Of a stretch of 59,932 bases of DNA, positions 34,483 to 42,430 are shown piece by piece; positions within the stretch are counted from its first letter, which is position 1; each line of letters begins with the position of its first letter. Under the pieces are notes generated by a model. It saw nothing but the letters and a program-made list of their open reading frames with translations, did no database searches and was not told the DNA's origin. Origin of the DNA: Eubacteriales bacterium (GTDB taxonomy: Bacteria > Bacillota > Clostridia > Oscillospirales > CAG-272); NCBI GenBank assembly GCA_045580755.1, contig JAZNOI010000129.1:1-59932 (forward strand), in the 5' to 3' direction. A program made the position numbers and the translations under genes.

Positions 34483-35412
34483 TTACTGAAGATCAATAAG
34501 ATCCTGCAATCTTATATGCTTATATCCGTTTTCAAGTGTGGTCTTAATAGCCCACTCTACTTTGTCTGCGAAATCGGGTTCATAAGCAAAATAATCATCA
34601 TAGAAGTACTGCTCGTGCATAAGGAAGCAAACGTGCTCCTGACCCATAACAGCATTAAATCTCTCGGGGAAATCTGCAAGTCTTATAGCGTTCATAGTAA
34701 TTCCTGCAAATCTGTTGTAGATCATACCTGTTTCGGGATCTTTGTACATCTTGATCTTTCCGAGGTATTTGTCTGCCATCTTGTTGTCAAGGTGGTTATA
34801 GTTACACATACTGGGAGCACCGATAAGACCGCAAGTATCTCTTCTGCAAATACCTGCACGGCTTACGTTCAATCTCTTGTTCATCTCGAATCTGAAGTTG
34901 TGATCTGTCGAGAATACGCTTCTGATCTCGGGATACTCGAGAAGGTCACCCGTTGTGCACGACATCATCTTTGCACCCTTGTCAACCAATGCCTGAACAC
35001 CCTCTTTTGTCATTACTACCCAGTGAGTGATAAGGCTCTGTGTTATAACCTCTTTGCCTGCAAATCTGATGATCTCTTTTTCTATCAAGGAATAGTCGCA
35101 CCATACTTCTTCATAAGTAGCGTTTATGTAAGGATAGTCGGGGCATTCATGTCTTGCATGGAAACCGAGCATCAACCAATCTTTATTTGCCTGGAATTCT
35201 TCTTTGTAGGCATCAGTCATCTGACTAAGATTAAACGTCTTGTCGATATTTTCATAGAAAAGGTTGAACTGAACCTTGAGACCGTACTTTTCATGAAGCT
35301 CTTTGTGAAACTTGAGATAAGGATCGTCGAAAAGGCTCGCAGGTCTGTTCTTCGTGAGGTTTTCCAAAAATCTGATGTTGTCATCAACAAAATAAGTAGA
35401 ATACTTGTTCAT
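34483..35412 (-). CDS. Cytoplasmic hypothetical protein, possibly a divergent NodB/CE4-like deacetylase fold
   Basis: Start at MNKYSTYF (GAGGAA RBS). YFVDDN resembles the TFDD motif and GFHARHE resembles H-x-x-H. No signal peptide. The function call is weak. Confidence 0.3.
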   Translation of the reverse strand: MNKYSTYFVDDNIRFLENLTKNRPASLFDDPYLKFHKELHEKYGLKVQFNLFYENIDKTFNLSQMTDAYKEEFQANKDWLMLGFHARHECPDYPYINATYEEVWCDYSLIEKEIIRFAGKEVITQSLITHWVVMTKEGVQALVDKGAKMMSCTTGDLLEYPEIRSVFSTDHNFRFEMNKRLNVSRAGICRRDTCGLIGAPSMCNYNHLDNKMADKYLGKIKMYKDPETGMIYNRFAGITMNAIRLADFPERFNAVMGQEHVCFLMHEQYFYDDYFAYEPDFADKVEWAIKTTLENGYKHIRLQDLIDLQ

Positions 35413-35477
35413 AATTTTTTCCTCTTTTCGCATGTATAAAACACTTTATAGTTTAACTGACTATTTTTAAAAAACAA

Positions 35478-36731
35478 TTATTTGTATTTAAAGTTGACCC
35501 TGCAAAGCTCTGCATTGCCTGCACAAAGTCCTGCTTCAATAAGAAGAGTATATTCTTCTCCTGCAACTATCGACTCGTTGAAGAGATTGAAAGAATGCTT
35601 TCTGAGGTTGATCTTGTACGTATCGTAGGGATCCTGCTGAATAACTCTGTTTACGAGCTTGCCGTTCTTATTGTAAAGGCTTACATAGCAATATTTAATG
35701 GGGTAGTCGGACGAAACGGTTCCGGACAACATACCGTTCGAAAGCGAGCTTTCACTGACGGAGTCGAGAGCAAGATACGGAATTACGGACACGCCGGTTT
35801 CATACTCTTCGATAGTAACGGGAATGTAATTCGTAGCCAAAAGCTGTGTAAATGTATACTGATGGTCTACCCACCAAGTCGTCTTTGTATCAGTTCTTGT
35901 AGCGTCAAATGTATCGGTCTGCTCAATAGTAACGAGATAGCTTCTGTTGGGGTTGATCTTGCCGTTCTTTTCCGTTATAACGCAGTCAACGACCATACGA
36001 AGGTGAGATACGCCTCTGGGCTCATCCTTTGTCATAATAACGTCGCCCTTCTTTGCTGCAGAGTAAGCCTGGTACATTACATCCTGAGTATTTGCATTAA
36101 TGATCTCTGCTGAAGTTTCAACGCCTGCCGGAACCTTATAGTTACCGCAGATCTTACCGAAAAATTCATCAGTAAAGCTGGGCATAAACGTACGGGACGT
36201 TCCGTCAGCTCTAGGGGTAAACTGCTGCATAGAATGGGTAATCGAGGTGTTACACTGTACACCCATTACGTCATAATAGCTGTCTGCCGTGCTGGGATAC
36301 TTGTTCTTGTTCTCTTTCAAAACCTTCTGGAACTCTTCTATAGTAGACATCATCGCCGCATAGGGGAGACCTGTATAAGTGGTACCCACGGTGTAGTTCA
36401 ATTCGAACTTCCAGTCACCGAAGTCATGCTTATAACCAAAGTTGTTTTTGGGAGACCAGACAATGCTCGCCTGCTTTCTCATGTGGTCTACTGCTGCCTG
36501 TCTGAAGTCTTCGGGGAGCTCAAATTGTACGAACTTGTAGTAATCGTCAGGGTTAATACCTTCGGGCAAACTGCTCTTGGGTTTTTCATCGGTAGTTCCG
36601 GGATCAGTCTGTTCACCACCCTGTCCTGTTGTAACAGCAGTAGTGTCCTGCTGGGTTCCGCCGTTGTTTCCGCATGAAACAAGCGCCAAACAGAAGGAAA
36701 ATGCTAAAACGAGTGCTAAAAATTTCTTCAT
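35478..36731 (-). CDS. Cys/His-module lipoprotein (P3, 417 aa)
   Basis: MKKFLALVLAFSFCLALVSC lipobox, Thr/Gly/Gln linker, FRQAAVDHM, YTGLPYAA, MGVQCNTS, GDVIMTKDEPRGVSHLRMV, SYLVTIEQTD. AAGGAG RBS. Confidence 0.7.
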   Translation of the reverse strand: MKKFLALVLAFSFCLALVSCGNNGGTQQDTTAVTTGQGGEQTDPGTTDEKPKSSLPEGINPDDYYKFVQFELPEDFRQAAVDHMRKQASIVWSPKNNFGYKHDFGDWKFELNYTVGTTYTGLPYAAMMSTIEEFQKVLKENKNKYPSTADSYYDVMGVQCNTSITHSMQQFTPRADGTSRTFMPSFTDEFFGKICGNYKVPAGVETSAEIINANTQDVMYQAYSAAKKGDVIMTKDEPRGVSHLRMVVDCVITEKNGKINPNRSYLVTIEQTDTFDATRTDTKTTWWVDHQYTFTQLLATNYIPVTIEEYETGVSVIPYLALDSVSESSLSNGMLSGTVSSDYPIKYCYVSLYNKNGKLVNRVIQQDPYDTYKINLRKHSFNLFNESIVAGEEYTLLIEAGLCAGNAELCRVNFKYK

Positions 36732-36881
36732 AAATTTTACTCCTTATGTTTTATAAATAATTTCACTCAACCGGTACACAGAAACTTTTGAAAGAAAGCC
36801 TCCGTGACACACAACGTATTTTTTAACATATACATTATATAACATATTTTTATTTTTTTCAATAATGATTTTACATTTTAC

Positions 36882-36910
36882 TGGACAAAATAACGATAAT
36901 CTTGTATAAT
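36882..36910 (+). promoter_or_regulatory. Promoter TGGACA-17-TATAAT (extended TG) for the third AraC gene
   Basis: Read directly, 25 nt upstream of the TTG start. Confidence 0.45.
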
Positions 36911-36934
36911 ACATTTAGCAAGGAGGGATAATAC

Positions 36935-37786
36935 TTGATTTACTACAAGATTTTTCCGCGTTCATTACCAAAAATTATGTTCGCGCATTACTTCGCAAAA
37001 AAAGATTACAGACAGTATTACCCGTCATCACAAACGGGAATCGAACTCTGTTACATAAAAAACGGCTATCTCGATGTCGATATTTGCGGCCAAAAGATCC
37101 ACGTTCCGCGCGGAAGTTTTCTCGTTTTTTGCCGTGAGCTTTCTCCCGCAACTATCGTTGCAGAGCAAAACGTTATACACATGCACCACACCTGCAATAT
37201 CGATATCGATTATGATCTGACATACTGCACAGCACCCGAAGAAATCATAAATAATACTGAAGATATGCTGACACTTCCCTTTTTCTTTCCGCCGTCGGAT
37301 GAGATAAAAAGACTGTCAAAAAAACTCGAACAGCTTATAATCGATTACAACTCTTCGGATAACAACAGTGTTACCTGCGCAATATCATTCTTAGGTCTGC
37401 TCGGAGAGCTGTCCATGCTTTATAAAAGCACTTTATACGAAAAAAACGACGTCTCTTCCTCTATTTTGTGTTACAGGATCAAGAAATACGTTTCATCGAA
37501 CATTACCAAAGATATAAAGCTGGGCGATATCTCTGAAGCAATCGGAAAAACACCGAATTATCTCAACTCTGTATTCAAAAGAAATGAAAAAACGTCTATT
37601 GGACAATACATTTCCAGAGAGAAGATAAATATGCTTATTGAGATCAAAAAAACGAGGGATATAACCTTTGAAGATGCCTGCATCTGCGTGGGAATAACGG
37701 ATATTTCCTACGGCTACAGGTTATTTAAAAAGCACATCGGCACTACTCCGAAGATTTATTTTTATAACTTATTGAAAAACATATAA
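36935..37786 (+). CDS. AraC/XylS-family transcriptional regulator
   Basis: TTG start 6 nt after AAGGAGGG. C-terminus KLGDISEAIGKTPNYLNSVFKRNEKTSIGQYISREKINMLIE..ACICVGITDISYGYRLFKKHIGTTPKIY. Confidence 0.8.
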   Translation: MIYYKIFPRSLPKIMFAHYFAKKDYRQYYPSSQTGIELCYIKNGYLDVDICGQKIHVPRGSFLVFCRELSPATIVAEQNVIHMHHTCNIDIDYDLTYCTAPEEIINNTEDMLTLPFFFPPSDEIKRLSKKLEQLIIDYNSSDNNSVTCAISFLGLLGELSMLYKSTLYEKNDVSSSILCYRIKKYVSSNITKDIKLGDISEAIGKTPNYLNSVFKRNEKTSIGQYISREKINMLIEIKKTRDITFEDACICVGITDISYGYRLFKKHIGTTPKIYFYNLLKNI

Positions 37787-37794
37787 TAACATTC

Positions 37795-37827
37795 AAAAAA
37801 GGTATATGGGATCCATATACCTTTTTT
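37795..37827. terminator. Bidirectional terminator
   Basis: AAAAAA-GGTATATGG-GAT-CCATATACC-TTTTTT. Confidence 0.75.
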
Positions 37828-37828
37828 A

Positions 37829-38917
37829 TTATTTTTCGGCAGTTACGATAAAACCGTCAATGTTGTTACCGGAGATCGTATAATACTTGTCTTTCGGAAC
37901 AGGTATCTGAACCGTTTCACCTTCATTTTGTCCGCTTACAAAATACATTTCATAGTGAATATTTCCATCACCGACGAAATCATAATGCGCACTTTCAAAC
38001 GGATACGAACGCATGATCATTATAAGCTCTTCGAGACACCACGAATTGTTATACATAAGCTGAGACTGAGGAATACCGACGTATCTCAAATAGGTCGTAT
38101 TTGTATAATTGAGTCCCGTTTGGTTCGCCTTATCCGCAGGATAACGAACAACGAAACCGTATTTGTGGCAGTTTTGGGCTATCCATTCATAACCTTCAAG
38201 CTGTGACAATTCATAAGTTTTGTCGCGCTGAACGAGCAATACGACTCCAAGTCCGGTATGGTGATCGCTTTCACCTGCCTGAGAAGTCATCATTTTTGCC
38301 GTTTCTTCTCCGTATTTTGTTTTGTATTCGTTAAAGACTTCCGCCTGGCGTTTCTCATCTCTGTATCCCGTCTGAACCATTACGTCGTCTTTTTGGGTCA
38401 AAGCATAAAAATCGTCCATCATTTTATTAAGGTTTTCAACGATGTTTTTATGAACTTTCATTTGTTCCCAACTGTCTTTATACGACGCGGATCTTGCAGT
38501 TCGAAGCGTTATAAGGTCATCTGCCGTCGGATGAACGACTTTGTTACCCGCTCCGACAAGAATTAAGTTGCCTTTGTGAATATCCCCTTTTGGAACGTCG
38601 ATCATAGTATATGAATCGAGATCAACTGCGGGAGGTATGACCTCGTCCTCTTTGTTCTCTTCATCTTCTTCAGGAGTTTTGTCGGGAGTGGAAGGTTCCG
38701 TTTCATTCGGTTCTATGTCCGATACGGGCGGCTTTTCGATCTTGTCAACGTTGTTTTTTTCATCATTGTGAGAAAAAACAAAATACATTGCGGAAATAAT
38801 CAGCGAAATTATCAAAAGCGAAATTATCGCATATTGCACAAATGCCAACAGAGGATTTCTGCGTTTACGCGGAGGCGCGGGATTTAACGGTTTGTAATCA
38901 TCATAATTTTTTGACAT
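37829..38917 (-). CDS. Membrane-anchored VanY/M15B-like D,D-carboxypeptidase homolog lacking two zinc ligands and the catalytic Glu
   Basis: Start MSKNYDD (GGAGGGTG RBS). TM helix LLAFVQYAIISLLIISLIISAMYFVF. VanY-like TGYRDEKRQ, AGESDHHTGLGVVL, HKYGFVVRYPADKANQTGLNYTNTTYLRYVG. Confidence 0.65.
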   Translation of the reverse strand: MSKNYDDYKPLNPAPPRKRRNPLLAFVQYAIISLLIISLIISAMYFVFSHNDEKNNVDKIEKPPVSDIEPNETEPSTPDKTPEEDEENKEDEVIPPAVDLDSYTMIDVPKGDIHKGNLILVGAGNKVVHPTADDLITLRTARSASYKDSWEQMKVHKNIVENLNKMMDDFYALTQKDDVMVQTGYRDEKRQAEVFNEYKTKYGEETAKMMTSQAGESDHHTGLGVVLLVQRDKTYELSQLEGYEWIAQNCHKYGFVVRYPADKANQTGLNYTNTTYLRYVGIPQSQLMYNNSWCLEELIMIMRSYPFESAHYDFVGDGNIHYEMYFVSGQNEGETVQIPVPKDKYYTISGNNIDGFIVTAEK

Positions 38918-39212
38918 CTGTTTCACCCTCCTGAACTTCAAAAAATTGATCAAATATCATCTCATTTACTTGAATTATACCATAATACAACACATCTTGC
39001 AAGTGGGTTTTTCTTTCATTTTTCGTTAATTCTCTACATTATTTATAATAAAATAAAAAAACAGCAATGTCAGACCTCAGAAAAATATTATACAACAAAA
39101 CTATTTTTTTCAAGACATAAACATTTTAATAAATACACATCATAGACATAGACCGAAAAGATGATCGACTCTTCGAGATTAATAATATTGTTTTAAAAAA
39201 AAGGATACTCAA

Positions 39213-40445
39213 ATGCAAAGCAAAATATCCAAGGTTGCTTTTCGTATCATTTTTGTTGTTATGCTGGTTATTATAGCAACGATGGGGGTATATAACTTTA
39301 TTATACCCGAAAACATCTCAATTTTTTCAGACGATTATAATTTGGATCAGTTAAATCTGCCGTTTTTGTCGGCGGAATTAAAGTCCATCCCCGCAATATC
39401 ACGAGTATCTTCGGGGAACACGGATGATGATCGGTTATACGTTTCAACTTATGCCGAAACGAAAATGTTCGGTGTAGTTCCGTTGAAAACAGTCGACGTG
39501 GATATGTTCTCGAACATTACTCTTTACCCGGGCGGTATGCCTTTTGGTGTAAAGCTGTACACAGACGGTGTTATCGTGTCGGGAATGTCAGGGGTCGAGA
39601 CGGAAAGCGGGATCAAAACTCCCTGCAAGGACGGCGGTCTGAAGATCGGCGACACAATAAAAAAGATTAACGGAAAACAAGTTTTTACGACAGAAGAGGT
39701 TTCCTCTGCCGTTGAGCAAAGCGGAGGAAAAGAACTGGTATTTACCGTTCTGCAAAACGGAAACGAACGCACGGTGAGGATATCTCCCGTTTTGTCGAAA
39801 ACCGATAACATGTATAAGGCAGGTTTGTGGGTCAGAGACAGTACGGCAGGTATAGGAACGGTAACGTTTATCGTCCCGAAAACAAACGTTTTCGCGGGGC
39901 TCGGGCACGGTATATGCGACGTTGATACCGGGAACCTTATGCCCTTGAGAAAAGGAACTGTAGTAGACGTGAATATCAGCGGCGTGACAAAAGGCGTTGC
40001 GGGCAGTCCCGGTGAGCTGAAAGGAATTTTCACTCCCGGAAAAATAGGTGCGCTTATCGGTAATACTATGTGCGGTGTATACGGTATCTTGTCCGATAAT
40101 ACGGATATTTACCATACCGAACCTATGAAGATCGGGTTGAAAGATGAGTTAAAAATAGGCGCTGCCGAGATATACTGTACCGTTAATGACAAGACAGACA
40201 GGTATACTGCGGAGATTATTAAGATAAACAACAGAAATACCGACCAGAAAAATTTTGTGATCAAAATAACGGACAAACGGTTACTTGACACAACAGGCGG
40301 CATAGTTCAAGGGATGTCGGGCTCCCCGATCATCCAGAACGGCAAGCTCGTCGGTGCTGTCACACATGTTTTAGTTAACGATCCCACTAAAGGTTACGGT
40401 ATCTTTATCGAAAATATGCTGAAGAATATGCCTGAAATCAATTGA
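39213..40445 (+). CDS. spoIVB: Stage IV sporulation protein B, SpoIVB signalling serine peptidase (S55)
   Basis: N-terminal TM helix, PDZ-like GLKIGDTIKKINGKQV, GLGHGICD, GIVQGMSGSPIIQNGKLVGAVTHVLVNDPTKGYGIFIENML. Confidence 0.88.
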   Translation: MQSKISKVAFRIIFVVMLVIIATMGVYNFIIPENISIFSDDYNLDQLNLPFLSAELKSIPAISRVSSGNTDDDRLYVSTYAETKMFGVVPLKTVDVDMFSNITLYPGGMPFGVKLYTDGVIVSGMSGVETESGIKTPCKDGGLKIGDTIKKINGKQVFTTEEVSSAVEQSGGKELVFTVLQNGNERTVRISPVLSKTDNMYKAGLWVRDSTAGIGTVTFIVPKTNVFAGLGHGICDVDTGNLMPLRKGTVVDVNISGVTKGVAGSPGELKGIFTPGKIGALIGNTMCGVYGILSDNTDIYHTEPMKIGLKDELKIGAAEIYCTVNDKTDRYTAEIIKINNRNTDQKNFVIKITDKRLLDTTGGIVQGMSGSPIIQNGKLVGAVTHVLVNDPTKGYGIFIENMLKNMPEIN

Positions 40446-40451
40446 ATAGAA

Positions 40452-40492
40452 AATATTCCCCTTTTCGTTCACTCGAAAAGGGGAATATTTTT
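40452..40492. terminator. Bidirectional terminator between spoIVB and the end of the polysaccharide locus
   Basis: AATATTCCCCTTTTCG-loop-CGAAAAGGGGAATATT followed by TTTT. Confidence 0.75.
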
Positions 40493-40498
40493 ATATCT

Positions 40499-41236
40499 TT
40501 AATTGTTAATACCTTTATACTCTGTTTTTACTCTTTCGTAACTCTCTAGGTTTCCAATATCAAATCTTTTACCGGGCATTTTCATTGCAAACACGTTTGA
40601 TTGTTTGCACAACCAAGCAATAAAACTACCGGGGGCATCAACACCGCACCCCGCCTCAATTCCTTTTGATACAAGCTTTGTATCATTTTTTGTGTAATAG
40701 TAGAAAGGCGGAGTACACCAGTGGGTTGCCGGAGTAGGTGATTTTTCAGTCATTTCAATAATCCTGTCATCTTCATCTACGGTTACCACACCGCATTTCA
40801 AAAGCTTTTTCTCATCCGATTCATAATATCTCATGACACAAGATGACTGCTTTTCACATGCGTAATTAATAAAAATAGTCAAACTGAAGTCCAAAACATT
40901 ATCACCTGCAATAACAAGAATATCATCATCAATATTCAGCTTGTCTATCGCGAATTGGATATCCTTTACTGCTCCCAAGCGTGTTTCGTTGGTTGAAGTC
41001 CCGTCATCAACAACTGTGAGCCTTTGTTTTTTTGTCTTCACCCAATCCTCGAAACAATGGGCATATTTGTGATTGGAAATAATAACGTACTCATCTATTA
41101 TTCCCGAACTGTCAATATCATCGATCAGCCAATCCAGTATAGTCTTTTCTCCAACCTGAAGCAAAGGCTTCGGATAATTCTCAGTCAGCGGATACAATCT
41201 GGTAGCATAACCTGCCGCAAGAATAAGACATTTCAT
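40499..41236 (-). CDS. Sugar-1-phosphate nucleotidylyltransferase
   Basis: MKCLILAAGYATRLYPLTENYPKPLL (G-x-G-T-R-x-x-P-x-T motif). 245 aa. Confidence 0.75.
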   Translation of the reverse strand: MKCLILAAGYATRLYPLTENYPKPLLQVGEKTILDWLIDDIDSSGIIDEYVIISNHKYAHCFEDWVKTKKQRLTVVDDGTSTNETRLGAVKDIQFAIDKLNIDDDILVIAGDNVLDFSLTIFINYACEKQSSCVMRYYESDEKKLLKCGVVTVDEDDRIIEMTEKSPTPATHWCTPPFYYYTKNDTKLVSKGIEAGCGVDAPGSFIAWLCKQSNVFAMKMPGKRFDIGNLESYERVKTEYKGINN

Positions 41237-41246
41237 ATCATAAACC

Positions 41247-42428
41247 TCAATTAATTATTTTCATTCCATCAGAACTTTCGCATATATGCACAGAATAATT
41301 ATCCTTCAAATGCGGAAAAGCCGCAATATACTCTCGAGCCACTCTTTCTTTTATGCTGTCTTCAAAATTCGGGTCTATCAACGCCATACAGCAACCTTTG
41401 AATCCGGCTCCGGAAAAACGTCCCCCGTAAATTCCTTTTGTATGTGTCATAATCTCATATAATTTGATAAGCTCGGGAGATCCGGTTTCCCAATTGTATA
41501 TTGACGAATAGCCGCTTTCAAAAGATAGTCTTCCAAACTCTTCAATATCACCGCAACGCCAAGCCTCTGCTCCCTTTTGAACGCGATCAAATTCTGTATA
41601 CCAATGTTCAGCCCTTTTTCTCCAATTATCAGGCAATCTATCTTTGTACTTTTCAAATACTTCTCTTGGAACATCTCGCAAATGAGTTTCTCTGAACTTT
41701 CCATACTCAATTCCAGAATAAGCTTTCAGGGCGTATGCTGCAGACCTGCATTCATCAACTCTCATATTAAAAGCAGATCCAGCTAAACTGCGTTCTAAAC
41801 CGCTGAAAAATATTGCTATTTTATACGGTTTCATATTCGGATGCTGTGGAATAAGCTCATAACTATCATCTTTCATGTCCATATACAAAAGATGATCCTT
41901 TTTGCAATACACCTCACAACTTTGGTCAAGTTTACCGCAAGATACACCTACATAATTATTCTCGGCCTCAAGTGAAATATCTATCAGTTCTTTTTCAGTC
42001 AATTTGATACTATTCATCTTGCAAAGAGCGGAAACAAGAGTGATTATAACAGCCGCAGAAGACGAAAGTCCACCAATAGGAAGTTCTCCGTCAATAACTG
42101 CACAGAGCCCTGTTCGCAGCGGATAACGCTCGTTAAGTGCAATCGTTGCACCTCTAAGATGGTCAGCCCAATCGCCTTGTTTTTCCTTTGGCGTAGACGC
42201 AACGTGCCACTGGGCTTGCTTTTCAAACTGTAACGACTGAACCTCTATAATACCATTAGGTTTGGAATCATACGCAATATTGATCCCTTTGTTTATTGCA
42301 ATTCCTGTTATTTTCCCAAACTGGTGATCCGAATGTGCACCAATGGGACATACTCTGTATGGGGTAAATGCTGTATATTGTGGTTCTTTGCGATACTTTT
42401 CTGCAAAAACCTTTTCGCATCTTTTCAT
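41247..42428 (-). CDS. GHMP-family sugar 1-kinase (galactokinase-like)
   Basis: YRVCPIGAHSDHQFG resembles the galactokinase signature GRVNLIGEHTDY. GELPIGGLSSSAAV is GHMP motif II. ATG at 42428 (GGAGAA upstream) is preferred to the track's TTG at 42446. Confidence 0.7.
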   Translation of the reverse strand: MKRCEKVFAEKYRKEPQYTAFTPYRVCPIGAHSDHQFGKITGIAINKGINIAYDSKPNGIIEVQSLQFEKQAQWHVASTPKEKQGDWADHLRGATIALNERYPLRTGLCAVIDGELPIGGLSSSAAVIITLVSALCKMNSIKLTEKELIDISLEAENNYVGVSCGKLDQSCEVYCKKDHLLYMDMKDDSYELIPQHPNMKPYKIAIFFSGLERSLAGSAFNMRVDECRSAAYALKAYSGIEYGKFRETHLRDVPREVFEKYKDRLPDNWRKRAEHWYTEFDRVQKGAEAWRCGDIEEFGRLSFESGYSSIYNWETGSPELIKLYEIMTHTKGIYGGRFSGAGFKGCCMALIDPNFEDSIKERVAREYIAAFPHLKDNYSVHICESSDGMKIIN

Positions 42429-42430
42429 AT

